Shown in pieces: positions 11,088 to 21,834 of a DNA stretch of 64,000 bases (positions are counted from its first letter, which is position 1; each line of letters opens with the position of its first letter). The position numbers were made by a program, and so were the translations under genes. Origin of the DNA: Bacteroidota bacterium (GTDB taxonomy: Bacteria; Bacteroidota; Ignavibacteria; UBA10030; UBA8401); NCBI GenBank assembly GCA_027622375.1, contig JAQCAB010000003.1:22797-86796 (forward strand), written 5' to 3'. The notes below the pieces were generated by a model. The model worked only from the letters and a program-made list of their open reading frames with translations. It did no database searches and was not told where the DNA came from.

Positions 11088-11756
11088 ATGTTGACTCCAT
11101 CAGAGATAAAAAAGGAGAGCTACGCACAAAAAATTATTCGTTCAGAGAAAATAGTTAAAATACTTTCTAAGAAATATAAAAATCCTTCAACAGCACTAAC
11201 GTATTCAAATCCACTTCAACTTTTAATTTCAATTATTTTATCAGCTCAATGTACCGACGAAAGAGTAAATCTTGTTACTCCAAAATTATTTAAATTATTT
11301 AACTCAATTGAGGATTTTGCAAATGCAAATAAAAGGGAATTAGAGCAAATTATTTACTCAACTGGTTATTATAGAAATAAAGCAAAAAATATTATTGCAT
11401 GCTGCCAAAGTTTAAAATTAAATTTTAATAATATCATTCCATCAACAATGGAAGAGTTGATTTCGTTGCCAGGAGTTGGTAGAAAAACAGCAAATTGTTT
11501 ATTAACAGAATATTTTAATAAAACCGAAGGGATTGTTGTTGACACTCATGTTCTAAGAATTTCAAATCGTCTCGGTTTTACAAAAAATATCTATGCAGTT
11601 AAAACAGAAATTGATTTAATGAATTTGATTAAAAAAAAATATTGGCGGTTTTACGGTAGTGATTTAATTTTATTTGGGAGAGAGTTATGTAAAGCAAGAT
11701 CCCCTAATTGTAAAATGTGCCTTGTAAGTAATTTATGTCCTTCAAGAAATATTTAA
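11088..11756 (+). CDS. nth: Endonuclease III
   Basis: LSAQCTD, HhH motif LPGVGRKTAN, VDTHV, C-x6-C-x2-C-x5-C 4Fe-4S. Confidence 0.95.
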   Translation: MLTPSEIKKESYAQKIIRSEKIVKILSKKYKNPSTALTYSNPLQLLISIILSAQCTDERVNLVTPKLFKLFNSIEDFANANKRELEQIIYSTGYYRNKAKNIIACCQSLKLNFNNIIPSTMEELISLPGVGRKTANCLLTEYFNKTEGIVVDTHVLRISNRLGFTKNIYAVKTEIDLMNLIKKKYWRFYGSDLILFGRELCKARSPNCKMCLVSNLCPSRNI

Positions 11757-11992
11757 ATTTTGAGCTCATCTGCTAAACTTTTAATGCAGTTTCGACAAAA
11801 ATAAAACAATTTTGAATCTCCAACTTGCCGTAAAATTAACTCATCTTTAATAAATCTAACTTTACAGAGCGAACATTTTTCCATTTCTAAATTGTGCTCA
11901 TTTTTTTGAGGATTTACCATAAAACTGTAGCCGTAAAAAATAATTGCAATAAAAAACAAAATTAAAGTAATTGTAAGAATTGTGATTGTCAT
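11753..11992 (-). CDS. Small membrane-anchored protein with CxxC...CxxC putative metal-binding domain
   Basis: N-terminal TM; CSLC-x22-CRNC; AGAG-free but plausible ATG and placed in the nth-glcD gap. Confidence 0.7.
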   Translation of the reverse strand: MTITILTITLILFFIAIIFYGYSFMVNPQKNEHNLEMEKCSLCKVRFIKDELILRQVGDSKLFYFCRNCIKSLADELKI

Positions 11993-12062
11993 TTAAGAGA
12001 GTAGTTGTATTTTTATTCCTATTTTATTAACATAGAAATAAATAAATAAAAATAAAATTATA

Positions 12063-13520
12063 ATGATTTCAAAAACAGTCACAAATCAAATAATCTCAAT
12101 TATAGGTCGCGAAAATTATTTTGATTCTGACGAAGATAAGATTGCATATTCTTATGATGCAACGCCTATTCTAAGGCAAACTCCGCACGGAATTGCAAAG
12201 CCAACAAATGTTGAACAGATTTCACAACTTGTTAAATTAGCAAATGATGCAAAGTTTTCAATTGTTGCCCGAGGTTCTGGAACTGGTTTAAGTGGCGGTT
12301 CAATCCCGGTTGAAGATTCAATAGTTTTAGCAACTCAACATTGGAATAAAATTTTGGAACTTGATGAAAGTAATTTATCTCTTTTAGTTGAACCTGGCGT
12401 GATTACTTCAAACATTCATTCATTTGTAGAAAAAAAAGATTTGTTCTATCCACCAGATCCGGGAAGTATGACCATTTCAACAATCGGTGGAAATGTAGCA
12501 GAGAATTCAGGTGGATTGCGAGGCTTAAAGTATGGTGTTACAAAGAATTACATACTTGGCTTGGAAGTTGTTTTACCTTCTGGAGAAATTGTTTTTTGCG
12601 GAAATAAAAATATGAAGGATGTTGCCGGTTACAATTTAAAAGATCACTTTGTTGGTTCAGAAGGAACACTTGGAATATTTACAAAAATACTTCTAAAATT
12701 AATACCTAAACCAAACTACGTTAAAACACTTTTGGTTTATTTTGATTCCAATAATGATGCAGCAAAAGCAGTTTCTCAAATTATATCATCAAAAATATTG
12801 CCATGTACAATCGAGTTTATTGATAAGACAACAATTAACTGTATCGAATCGTACAGTAAATTAGGATTACAAACTGACAAGGAATCATTACTCTTAATTG
12901 AGCTTGATGGGCATAAAATTGTTGTTGATGAAGATTTGGAAAAGATTAAAGTAATTTGTGAACAAAATAAATCTAGTACACTTATAATTGCACAGAATGA
13001 AGTTGAAGCTGTAAAGTTAAAAATGGCACGCAGAATTGCTTTTTCAAGTTTGGCTAGAATTAAACCAACAACAATATTAGAAGATGTTTCGGTGCCAAGA
13101 AGTGAATTACCAAAAATGTTAGAAAAAATTGAAAACATCTCAAAAGAAAATAATGTTTTGATAGGAAATTTTGGACATGCTGGAGATGGAAATTTGCATC
13201 CCACAATTTTGACAAATGAAAATGATAAATTAGAATTCAAAAATGCTGAAATTGCTTTTGATTTAATAATGAATGAATCAATAAAATTGGGTGGATCTAT
13301 TACTGGTGAGCATGGAACAGGATTAGTAAAGAAGAAATTTTTACCCGATATGGTGGGAAAATCAGCAATTGACACTATGCAAAAAATTAAAAGTGCATTA
13401 GATCCAAATTCAGTTTTGAATCCAGGTAAAATTTTTTCATTAAAACCAAAATGCGAAGGATCACTTCCACAAAAAAATGATCAAATTAAAAAATTTGTTG
13501 CTCAAGGAGCATGGATTTGA
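12063..13520 (+). CDS. glcD: FAD-linked oxidase, glycolate/D-lactate dehydrogenase subunit GlcD-like
   Basis: RGSGTGLSGG, PPDPGS, GSEGTLG, HAGDGNLH, GEHGTG, LNPGK. Confidence 0.88.
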   Translation: MISKTVTNQIISIIGRENYFDSDEDKIAYSYDATPILRQTPHGIAKPTNVEQISQLVKLANDAKFSIVARGSGTGLSGGSIPVEDSIVLATQHWNKILELDESNLSLLVEPGVITSNIHSFVEKKDLFYPPDPGSMTISTIGGNVAENSGGLRGLKYGVTKNYILGLEVVLPSGEIVFCGNKNMKDVAGYNLKDHFVGSEGTLGIFTKILLKLIPKPNYVKTLLVYFDSNNDAAKAVSQIISSKILPCTIEFIDKTTINCIESYSKLGLQTDKESLLLIELDGHKIVVDEDLEKIKVICEQNKSSTLIIAQNEVEAVKLKMARRIAFSSLARIKPTTILEDVSVPRSELPKMLEKIENISKENNVLIGNFGHAGDGNLHPTILTNENDKLEFKNAEIAFDLIMNESIKLGGSITGEHGTGLVKKKFLPDMVGKSAIDTMQKIKSALDPNSVLNPGKIFSLKPKCEGSLPQKNDQIKKFVAQGAWI

Positions 13521-14794
13521 GTAATAGGGAAGTGATGGTTTCTAATGATTTAATTTCGAAATGTATTCATTGTGGACTATGTTTACCCACATGCCCAACT
13601 TATAATTTGACTTTAAATGAACAATCTTCACCACGTGGAAGAATTCAACTGATGAAGAATGTATTCGAAAATAAAGCCCCAATAAGTGATCAATTTGTAT
13701 ATGAAATGCAATTCTGTTTGGATTGTCAAGCCTGCCAAACTGCTTGTCCGGCAGGAGTTCAATATGGAAGCCTAGTTGAAGAAGCAAGAAATTTAATTTC
13801 AAAATCCAATAGAGAATCTACTTTATATAAAATTTTTAAATTCATTTTTTTAAAACAGATAATCTATTCATCTAAAAATTTAAAACTTGTTTATAGAGTT
13901 ATTAGAATCATTCAAAATATTTTTAATGTTAAAATAGTTAACCAATTGGTTTTTAATATCTTCGAAGCTTTTCAATCAACCAAAGTATTTAATTTATTTC
14001 CAAAGGTTTCTGAAAAACCATTTGATGAATTGGTCTCAGAATTTTTACCTGCTTATGGAAAAGCAAATTATAGTGTAATTTTTCCATATGGTTGTATTAT
14101 GAATTTGGTATTTAGCAAAACTCAAAATGATACCGTTGAAGTTTTAAGACACGCCGGCTGTAATGTTATTATTCCAAAAAACCAAAGTTGTTGCGGTTCA
14201 TTACATAAACATAACGGCGAAATTGGTGATGCAAAAAATCTTGCTAAACAAAATATAATCTTATTTAATAAATATAAGTTTGATTATCTGATTCAAAATT
14301 CATCCGGTTGTGGTGCGTTTATGAAAGAATATGGTAATTTATTTCAAGATGATGATCGATTTTCAGAAACTGCAATAACTTTTTCAAAAAAATGCAAAGA
14401 TTTTTCTGAATTCTTAGTGGGAATAAAATATAATCCTCCTAATCGGGAACTAAATCAAAAAATAACTTATCATGATGCTTGTCATTTGATTCACTCACAA
14501 TCAATATCAAAAGAACCTCGGCAGTTAATTTCTTTGTTAAATAAAAATGGTTATGTTGAATTAAATGAAGCAAGTTGGTGTTGTGGAAGTGCAGGAATTT
14601 ATAATGTTACTCACACAAAAGATTCTTTAGAAATCCTTGATCGAAAAATGGATAATTTAATTAACACTCAAGCAGATATTGTAATTACAAATAATCCAGG
14701 ATGTTTGCTTCAATTGGAATATGGCATCAAAAAACGAAAATTAAACATGAAAGCAATGCATTTAGCAACATTACTAAACAACCTTTATCAATAG
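13511..14794 (+). CDS. glcF: Glycolate oxidase iron-sulfur subunit GlcF-like
   Basis: Two CxxCxxCxxxCP clusters and two CCG domains. Confidence 0.88.
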   Translation: MDLSNREVMVSNDLISKCIHCGLCLPTCPTYNLTLNEQSSPRGRIQLMKNVFENKAPISDQFVYEMQFCLDCQACQTACPAGVQYGSLVEEARNLISKSNRESTLYKIFKFIFLKQIIYSSKNLKLVYRVIRIIQNIFNVKIVNQLVFNIFEAFQSTKVFNLFPKVSEKPFDELVSEFLPAYGKANYSVIFPYGCIMNLVFSKTQNDTVEVLRHAGCNVIIPKNQSCCGSLHKHNGEIGDAKNLAKQNIILFNKYKFDYLIQNSSGCGAFMKEYGNLFQDDDRFSETAITFSKKCKDFSEFLVGIKYNPPNRELNQKITYHDACHLIHSQSISKEPRQLISLLNKNGYVELNEASWCCGSAGIYNVTHTKDSLEILDRKMDNLINTQADIVITNNPGCLLQLEYGIKKRKLNMKAMHLATLLNNLYQ

Positions 14795-14802
14795 GACCTA
14801 TT

Positions 14803-17800
14803 TTGAAAACAAAACCCAGAAAATCACTTTTTATTAGTTTTATTGTTTTATTTGCAATTTTAATACCAAACTTCAGTTTTGGATATAATAACAAAATTCA
14901 AAAAAGTCCTGAAGTTGTCCCCGGGATTATTTATGTAAAGTTTAAATCGCACTCAAAGGGATTAATGAAGCAACAATCAGTTGAGCAAGAATTTAGTAAA
15001 TATCAAATTTTATCTAGCAAGAATGTTTTTGATGAATTTAAATCTAAGTTTATAGTTTCAAATGACTTAGAAAGTGTATATAAAATTGAATTATCGTATG
15101 GAGTAAATATTTGGAATGTAATTTCTGAGATGAAAAGTAATCCTGAAATTGAATACGCTGAACCAAGTTATATCCGTAAAACTTCAGGAGATTATACACC
15201 GAATGATTCTCTTTTTTCGCAAATGTATAGTTTAGCCAAAACTCAAGCTTCAAAGGCTTGGGATATTTCAAAAGGGGATAGTGTTATAATTGGAATTGTA
15301 GATAGTGGATATGATTACAATCATCCTGATTTAGCGACAAAGATTTGGGAAAATAATGGAGAAAAGGGAACAGATTCACAAAATCGTGATAAAAAAAGTA
15401 ATGGTGTAGATGATGATAATAACGGATTTGTAGATGATTGGAGAGGTTGGGATTTTGTAGGTTCAAATACTACTACATTCGTTCCAGATAATGATCCTCA
15501 TCCAAAATCTGGTAGCGCACATGGCACACATACTTCTGGTACTGCAGGTGCAGCAACTGATAATAGAATTGGTGTTGCAAGTATGGGCTTTAATGCTAAG
15601 ATAATGGCAACTAAACATGCACCTGATGTTACTTCAAATAGTATTTATTTTGGATATGATGGAATCTTGTATTGCATAAAAAATAAAGCTCAAATAATAA
15701 GTTGTAGTTGGGGTGGAACTGGTTATTCCCAGTACGAAAGAGATGTTGTTCGTTTTGCTCTTAAAAATAATGTATTAATTGTTGCAGCTGCCGGTAATGG
15801 TGGAATCAATACAGAAATTGAAGGGCACTATCCTTCAAATTATCCTGAAGTTCTTGCAGTTGGTAATACTGATAGTAATGATAAAAAGGAATCACTTTCA
15901 AATTTTGGTAAACCAGAATACGTTCAAGTATTTGCTCCAGGTACAAACATCTTAAGTACAATTCCAAATGGTAATTATACAAATGGATATACAGGAACTT
16001 CTATGTCTTCTCCACTTGTGGCAGGAATAGCTGCACTGTTAAAATCAAAGTACCCAACAATGAGCGCAACTGATATTATGTTTAGAATTTGCGGAACTGC
16101 AGATTCAATAGATAATTTGAATCCCTCTTATAAAGGATTGATGGGTTATGGACGAGTTAATGCTTTTAGATCTTTAACGCAAACACATAATCAACCAAAG
16201 CCAATACTTGTACTAAAAAGTGTAAGCATCAATGACCAATCTGGAAATAATAATAAATCAATTGATCCCGGAGAATCTGTAAATATTTTAGTTGAACTTC
16301 AAAATGATTGGGGAGATGCAACGAATGTTACTGCAACTCTTGAAGTTAATCATTGGGCTGTAACTTCAATAAAATCAACTTCCAATTATGGATTAATTAA
16401 AGGGTTATCTAATCTTGATAGTAGTTCAAAAGATAATAGTGCTGATCCATTAACACTTAAATTTTCAGCGGAAACAATTCCAGTAAAAGTGCCGTGTAAG
16501 TTAACAGTTAAAGCTGATGGTGGAATTTCAAAAGTATTTAACTTCGAACTATCTGTTGGAGCATCAATTCTGTTTGTTGATGATGACGAAGATTTTAATA
16601 GCGAAATATATTACTTTAAAGCATTCAAAAAATTAGGAGTGGTTTATGAATATTGGAATCACTTCTCAAGTGGAACTCCTTCTTATGATATTCTGAAAAA
16701 TTATAACATTGTTGTTTGGTCTTGCGAATGGGCATTTCCGGCTTTGGATTCGATGGATAGAAATGCTTTGAAAAGTTATTTAGATAATGGTGGCAGATTA
16801 TTTTTATCAGGCCAGGATATTGGTTGGGATTTGGCTGATCCTTCCCCAACTTATCCAAATGAATTTAATGTTTCAAAAGGAGCTAGTAAAACATTTTATG
16901 AAAAATATCTTAAAACAAAATATATTGATGATGGCTCTGCTACAAATACTTCATTAGTTGGTTATGAGAATGATCCTATTACAAATGGATTAAGTATTGA
17001 TAGATTTCAACCTGGAAGAGCTGCAACTGAGCAATTTGGTGACATTACAGACACAACCCAAGGATCAACTCCAATTTTTAAATTTACAAATGGATCTTCA
17101 CTAGCCATAGGTAAATTTGGTGCGGTTAAATTTGAAGGAAATTACATGCTAGTTCACTTTACAATGGGTGGATTTGAAGCAATCACAGATACTACTAAAC
17201 AAACTGTTGTAATGAACAGAATTTTAAATTGGTTATTTAAAACTTCTGTTAGTGTTGATAAAATATTTGATACTGAAAACACAACATCTGCAATAAATGT
17301 AAATACAAAAGTAACATCAGCAGATCAAATTCAAACTGTTGATTTATATTGGGATACAGATGGACAATTACCATTTAAAAAAGTATCAATGAGTAGTTTA
17401 GGAAGTGGAAATTATAAGGGGGAAATTCCTGCGCAAACCGTTGCGACAGTTCAATATTTTGTACTTGTTAAAACAAATAGAGCATTTATGCCTTACGAAA
17501 TTAATAGTTTTAAAGTTGGGCCAGACCAGATTAAACCAATTGTAAAAGTTCAAGATACTTTGCAAAATAGTATAAAACTTATAGGACCATTTGAATTATT
17601 TGCCGAAATGACAGATAATTTTGGAATTGATACTGTAGGTTCTAAAACTTATTACAATGTCAATAATGGTCAAGATTTAAATGTAAGTTTTACATCTACT
17701 GCTAAACCAAACTTATATAATTCTAAAATTATACCGACTTCAAAATTAAAAGTAGGTGATATTGTTAATTATTATGTAATTGCTCAAGATAAATCATCTC

Positions 17801-18606
17801 AAAAAAATCAATCTAGGTTTCCAATTTCAGGATATAAAAGCTTTTTGGTAGGGAAGGAAGTTTTAGATGATTTTGAATTAGATCAACCACAAAAATGGAT
17901 TTTTGGAAGTTGGGGATACTCTCCAAGTTGGAGTTATGCACCGGGCAAAAGAAGTATCACAGATAGCCCAATTGGGAACTATAATCCAAATTCAACAAAT
18001 TCTTTAACATATAATTCTACAATTAATTTAACTGATTTCACTAAAGCAAATTTAAGTTTTAAATATCGATCTTTACTTCATAACTCAGATACATTATTTT
18101 TTGAAATTAGTAAAAATGGTGGTACTTCTTGGGAAACAATTTCAAAATTAACAGATTTAGTTTTGTTTGGTGATTATAATTACGATTTAAATAATTATTT
18201 AACTAGTAATAATCTAAAATTTCGATTTAGATTAACAACTGATGCTTCAATAGAACGCGATGGAATTTACCTTGACTATGTCGAAATCAATACAAATCAA
18301 TATTCAGTTGGTGTAAATGCTGAAAAAGGTAATTTAATTCCAAAAGAAATTACTTTGAGCCAAAATTATCCAAATCCATTTAATCCATCAACTACAATTC
18401 GCTTTGGAATCCCAACAAATGATTTAGTTAAATTAGAAATTTATGATCTATTAGGAAGAAAAACTGAAACTTTAATTAATTCTGAGCTAAATGCGGGATT
18501 CTATAATTATAAATTTGATGCAATTAAGTATTCATCTGGAACTTATTTTTATAGATTGAATACTTCCAAAAAATCAATTACAAAGCAAATGAGAATTCTT
18601 AAATAA
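14803..18606 (+). CDS. Secreted S8 (subtilisin-like) serine peptidase with T9SS C-terminal sorting domain
   Basis: Catalytic triad IVDSG / HGTHTSG / GTSMSSP; C-terminal LSQNYPNPFNPSTTI...YDLLGR...SGTYFYRL. Likely start is TTG 14803 (in frame, AGGA upstream, then a signal peptide). Confidence 0.92.
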   Translation: MKTKPRKSLFISFIVLFAILIPNFSFGYNNKIQKSPEVVPGIIYVKFKSHSKGLMKQQSVEQEFSKYQILSSKNVFDEFKSKFIVSNDLESVYKIELSYGVNIWNVISEMKSNPEIEYAEPSYIRKTSGDYTPNDSLFSQMYSLAKTQASKAWDISKGDSVIIGIVDSGYDYNHPDLATKIWENNGEKGTDSQNRDKKSNGVDDDNNGFVDDWRGWDFVGSNTTTFVPDNDPHPKSGSAHGTHTSGTAGAATDNRIGVASMGFNAKIMATKHAPDVTSNSIYFGYDGILYCIKNKAQIISCSWGGTGYSQYERDVVRFALKNNVLIVAAAGNGGINTEIEGHYPSNYPEVLAVGNTDSNDKKESLSNFGKPEYVQVFAPGTNILSTIPNGNYTNGYTGTSMSSPLVAGIAALLKSKYPTMSATDIMFRICGTADSIDNLNPSYKGLMGYGRVNAFRSLTQTHNQPKPILVLKSVSINDQSGNNNKSIDPGESVNILVELQNDWGDATNVTATLEVNHWAVTSIKSTSNYGLIKGLSNLDSSSKDNSADPLTLKFSAETIPVKVPCKLTVKADGGISKVFNFELSVGASILFVDDDEDFNSEIYYFKAFKKLGVVYEYWNHFSSGTPSYDILKNYNIVVWSCEWAFPALDSMDRNALKSYLDNGGRLFLSGQDIGWDLADPSPTYPNEFNVSKGASKTFYEKYLKTKYIDDGSATNTSLVGYENDPITNGLSIDRFQPGRAATEQFGDITDTTQGSTPIFKFTNGSSLAIGKFGAVKFEGNYMLVHFTMGGFEAITDTTKQTVVMNRILNWLFKTSVSVDKIFDTENTTSAINVNTKVTSADQIQTVDLYWDTDGQLPFKKVSMSSLGSGNYKGEIPAQTVATVQYFVLVKTNRAFMPYEINSFKVGPDQIKPIVKVQDTLQNSIKLIGPFELFAEMTDNFGIDTVGSKTYYNVNNGQDLNVSFTSTAKPNLYNSKIIPTSKLKVGDIVNYYVIAQDKSSQKNQSRFPISGYKSFLVGKEVLDDFELDQPQKWIFGSWGYSPSWSYAPGKRSITDSPIGNYNPNSTNSLTYNSTINLTDFTKANLSFKYRSLLHNSDTLFFEISKNGGTSWETISKLTDLVLFGDYNYDLNNYLTSNNLKFRFRLTTDASIERDGIYLDYVEINTNQYSVGVNAEKGNLIPKEITLSQNYPNPFNPSTTIRFGIPTNDLVKLEIYDLLGRKTETLINSELNAGFYNYKFDAIKYSSGTYFYRLNTSKKSITKQMRILK

Positions 18607-18617
18607 ATTGTGCTTTA

Positions 18618-19088
18618 ATGATTCAATTTATCTTATTTTTATTTTTATTGCAGGATCCAAATTCTGCGATTGTAAATTATTTTAGTGACGAGATAATATT
18701 AAAATCAAATCAATCTATATTTTGTAAAATTATTAAAATTGAAGGACTTAAAGTATCTTACTTAACAATTAAAAAAGATAATTTTAAAGTTTTTGAAATT
18801 AGTGCTGACACTGTAAAACAAATAAAACAGAATGGGGAAAACATAGTTACAAGTATCAAGCGAGATTCGATTGTAACTTATTGGTTTGCTAAAAGCGATC
18901 ATCCGGGACTTCAAACGACGATTGACTCTTCAGCGTTAATATCTGAAGGGATAGTAAGAACAGATATAACCGATTCAGAGCCTATCATTGCCACAGAAAC
19001 TGATGAATGGCCACTTTATATTTGGATTACACTTGGAACTGCTGCAGCAATACCGATATTATATTTACTTTATATATTGATATTTTAA
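18618..19088 (+). CDS. Hypothetical exported protein with C-terminal TM anchor
   Basis: Hydrophobic N-terminus, D.I.LK...I.CKI small beta domain, hydrophobic C-terminal helix. Confidence 0.65.
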   Translation: MIQFILFLFLLQDPNSAIVNYFSDEIILKSNQSIFCKIIKIEGLKVSYLTIKKDNFKVFEISADTVKQIKQNGENIVTSIKRDSIVTYWFAKSDHPGLQTTIDSSALISEGIVRTDITDSEPIIATETDEWPLYIWITLGTAAAIPILYLLYILIF

Positions 19089-19127
19089 AGAAAATTGGTA
19101 TCTGTATATAATATATGTTATGTAAAG

Positions 19128-21356
19128 TTAATTATTTAACTTGTTCTCAAAGCTTTTATCATATACAGATCTAAATAAATTAATATTTTCAATTACTTCC
19201 CCATTTAAATCGATGGAATCCTTTTCGACTGAACCCAAAATATGACATGGTTGGTTCAATTTTTTACAAAGATCTTCAAACTGAATTTTATTAGATTGTT
19301 TAATTGAAACTACAACTCTAGATTGACTTTCCGAAAAAAGTACTTTATCCAATCGATCTTCAGTTTTAAAATCAATTTTAAAGCCCAAATTTTGCTTATT
19401 AAAGCTCATCTCAAGTAAAGTTACAATTAGCCCACCTTCAGAAATATCATGTGTAGAAGTTATAATTTTGCTCTTATTTAACTCTGAAATTGCGGTATGC
19501 AGCAAAACTTCATCAGTTAAATTAAATTCAGGTGCATTTATCCCTTCAGAGTAAGTTTTTAATTTATAATAAACACTTCCATTTAAATCAGTTGAAAAAT
19601 TACCAAGTAAATAAATTAAATCATTTTTATTTTGAAATTTATTCGGGATTATTTCATCTTTAGAATTTATAATTCCAACCATACCAATTACTGGTGTGGG
19701 ATAAATTGCATTATTTTGAGATTGATTGTAAAAACTTACATTGCCACCAGTTACCGGCGTATTAAAAGCTAAACAAGCTTCAGAAATTCCTTTTAATGCT
19801 TCTGTAAATTGCCAATAAACTTCCGGATTGTATGGATTTCCAAAATTTAAACAATTTGTAATTCCAAGTGGTGTTCCTCCAGAACAAACAATATTTCGAG
19901 CTGCTTCAGCAATAGCAATCATTCCACCAACTTTCGGATTTAAATAAATGTATGTGCTGTTGCAATCTGTTGTTAAAGCCAAAAATTTAGTGCTTCCCGG
20001 GATTTCAACAATTCCGCAATCAATATTTTCTAATTCAACAGTTGAAGTACGAACCATTGAATCATATTGTCTGTAAATCCATTTTTTAGATGAAATATTT
20101 GGAGAACTTAAAATATTTAAAATTTCATTTACATAATTATCAGGTTTTATAAAATCGAATAATTCCCTTTTTGGATTTTTTATATATTCCGGGATTTTGA
20201 CTTCCCTTTCATAAACTGGCGCGCCTCCACCAAGCGCTAAACAATCTGCAGGAATATTTACAATAATATTTCTTTTATATTTTACTACTAAGTTCTTTGT
20301 ATCAGTTGTTTTACCAATTATCACTCCATGTAAATCCCACTTGTTAAAAATTTTTTCTATTCGTTCTTCGCAACCTGGTTTTGCAACTAACAACATTCTT
20401 TCTTGTGATTCCGAAAGCATAATTTCGAATGGCGTCATAAACATTTCTCTTTGTGGAACTAAATCAAGATCTATTTCCATTCCAACATTTCCTTTTGCAG
20501 ACATCTCGCTTGTTGAACAAGTAATTCCCGCAGCTCCCATATCTTGAATACTATCTATTAAGTCTTCGTTGATAACTTCAAGTGTAGCCTCGAGTAACAA
20601 CTTTTCAATAAAAGGATCACCTACTTGAACAGAAGGTCGTTTTGATTCCGACTTTTCTGACAAATCTTCAGAAGCAAATGAAGCGCCTTGAATTCCATCT
20701 TTGCCAGTAGATGAACCAACAATCATAACAGATCTGCCAACTCCTTTAATTGAAGATTTGGCAATTTTATTATGGTCAACAATTCCAACTGCCATTGCAT
20801 TTACTAATGGATTATCTTCATAACATTCGTGAAAATAAATTTCGCCACCAATATTTGGTACGCCAAAACAATTTCCGTAATCACCAATTCCCTTTACAAT
20901 ATTTTTAAGATAATTTTTAGTTTTGTTATTTTTCAGATTTCCAAAGCGCAACGAATTTAAAACTGCAATAGGTCTTGCTCCCATTGTAAAAATATCTCTT
21001 AAAATTCCTCCAACAGCTGTTGCAGCTCCTTGATAAGGTTCTACAGCTGATGGATGATTATGAGATTCTATTTTAAAGGCAACGGCTAAGTTATTACCAA
21101 TATCGATTAAACCGGCATTCTCTTCACCTGCTTCTACCAACATTTTTTCACTTGAGCGTGGGAGTTTTTTTATTTCCAGAATGGAATTCTTATAACTACA
21201 ATGCTCACTCCACATTACGCTAAACACACCAAGTTCAGTATAAGTTGGTACTCGCTTTAATATGTCAAGAATTCTTTTATACTCTTCACTTGTTAATCCA
21301 AGTGAGATTGCAAGATTTTCGCTTACAATCGGCTCTTTATACTCTAAATTGGTCAT
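19128..21356 (-). CDS. purL: Phosphoribosylformylglycinamidine synthase subunit PurL (small type)
   Basis: MWSEHCSYK, ESHNHPS, QDMGAAG, LSESQERM, NCLNFGNP, GGNVS. Confidence 0.97.
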   Translation of the reverse strand: MTNLEYKEPIVSENLAISLGLTSEEYKRILDILKRVPTYTELGVFSVMWSEHCSYKNSILEIKKLPRSSEKMLVEAGEENAGLIDIGNNLAVAFKIESHNHPSAVEPYQGAATAVGGILRDIFTMGARPIAVLNSLRFGNLKNNKTKNYLKNIVKGIGDYGNCFGVPNIGGEIYFHECYEDNPLVNAMAVGIVDHNKIAKSSIKGVGRSVMIVGSSTGKDGIQGASFASEDLSEKSESKRPSVQVGDPFIEKLLLEATLEVINEDLIDSIQDMGAAGITCSTSEMSAKGNVGMEIDLDLVPQREMFMTPFEIMLSESQERMLLVAKPGCEERIEKIFNKWDLHGVIIGKTTDTKNLVVKYKRNIIVNIPADCLALGGGAPVYEREVKIPEYIKNPKRELFDFIKPDNYVNEILNILSSPNISSKKWIYRQYDSMVRTSTVELENIDCGIVEIPGSTKFLALTTDCNSTYIYLNPKVGGMIAIAEAARNIVCSGGTPLGITNCLNFGNPYNPEVYWQFTEALKGISEACLAFNTPVTGGNVSFYNQSQNNAIYPTPVIGMVGIINSKDEIIPNKFQNKNDLIYLLGNFSTDLNGSVYYKLKTYSEGINAPEFNLTDEVLLHTAISELNKSKIITSTHDISEGGLIVTLLEMSFNKQNLGFKIDFKTEDRLDKVLFSESQSRVVVSIKQSNKIQFEDLCKKLNQPCHILGSVEKDSIDLNGEVIENINLFRSVYDKSFENKLNN

Positions 21357-21378
21357 AAATCGGATTAAAACATTTTTC

Positions 21379-21834
21379 CTAAACTCTCTCGTGAAATAAT
21401 AAATTATAGGAGTTCAAAAGGGATAGAATTTTTGAGTTTTGAATTGTTTGTGAGATCGATATTGAAGATATGATTTGAGTTATTGAAAGCAACAATGAAG
21501 TAATTAAAACAGCTTGAATTATTCCTAATAATAAACCTATAAGCTTATTAATTATACTATCATTGATCGATTTTAATAAAGTTTTTAATATTATCTTTTC
21601 AACTAAAAATATTGAAATAAAAAATATTGTAAAAATTATAATACTTCTAATTTGTTGATTGCCCGAAAGAGTAGATAAATATTTATTCCCTATTTCAGAA
21701 GCGTAATTTATCCCGAAATAAATTATTATAACCCAAACTAAGAGATCAAATATCTTTTTTATTAATCCTTTTTTCCAACCGAAATAAATGTTCCAAATAA
21801 AGAGTAAAAATAAAACAATATCAATCCAATTCAT
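21379..21834 (-). CDS. cvpA: CvpA (colicin V production) family membrane protein
   Basis: MNWIDI...GWKKGLI N-terminus, four TMs, next to purL. Confidence 0.82.
   Translation of the reverse strand: MNWIDIVLFLLFIWNIYFGWKKGLIKKIFDLLVWVIIIYFGINYASEIGNKYLSTLSGNQQIRSIIIFTIFFISIFLVEKIILKTLLKSINDSIINKLIGLLLGIIQAVLITSLLLSITQIISSISISQTIQNSKILSLLNSYNLLFHERV

Noticed and set aside
12776-13375. 199-aa minus-strand ORF and the many other short ORFs nested in or antisense to genes (e.g. 7531-7830, 21868-22197, 31075-31368, 48305-48598)
   Set aside because: They lie wholly within well-supported genes, show antisense-shadow composition and carry no recognisable motifs.
14701-14802. Track start of the S8 protease at 14701
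   Set aside because: It overlaps glcF by about 90 nt; TTG 14803 has an RBS-like AGGA and yields a normal signal peptide.
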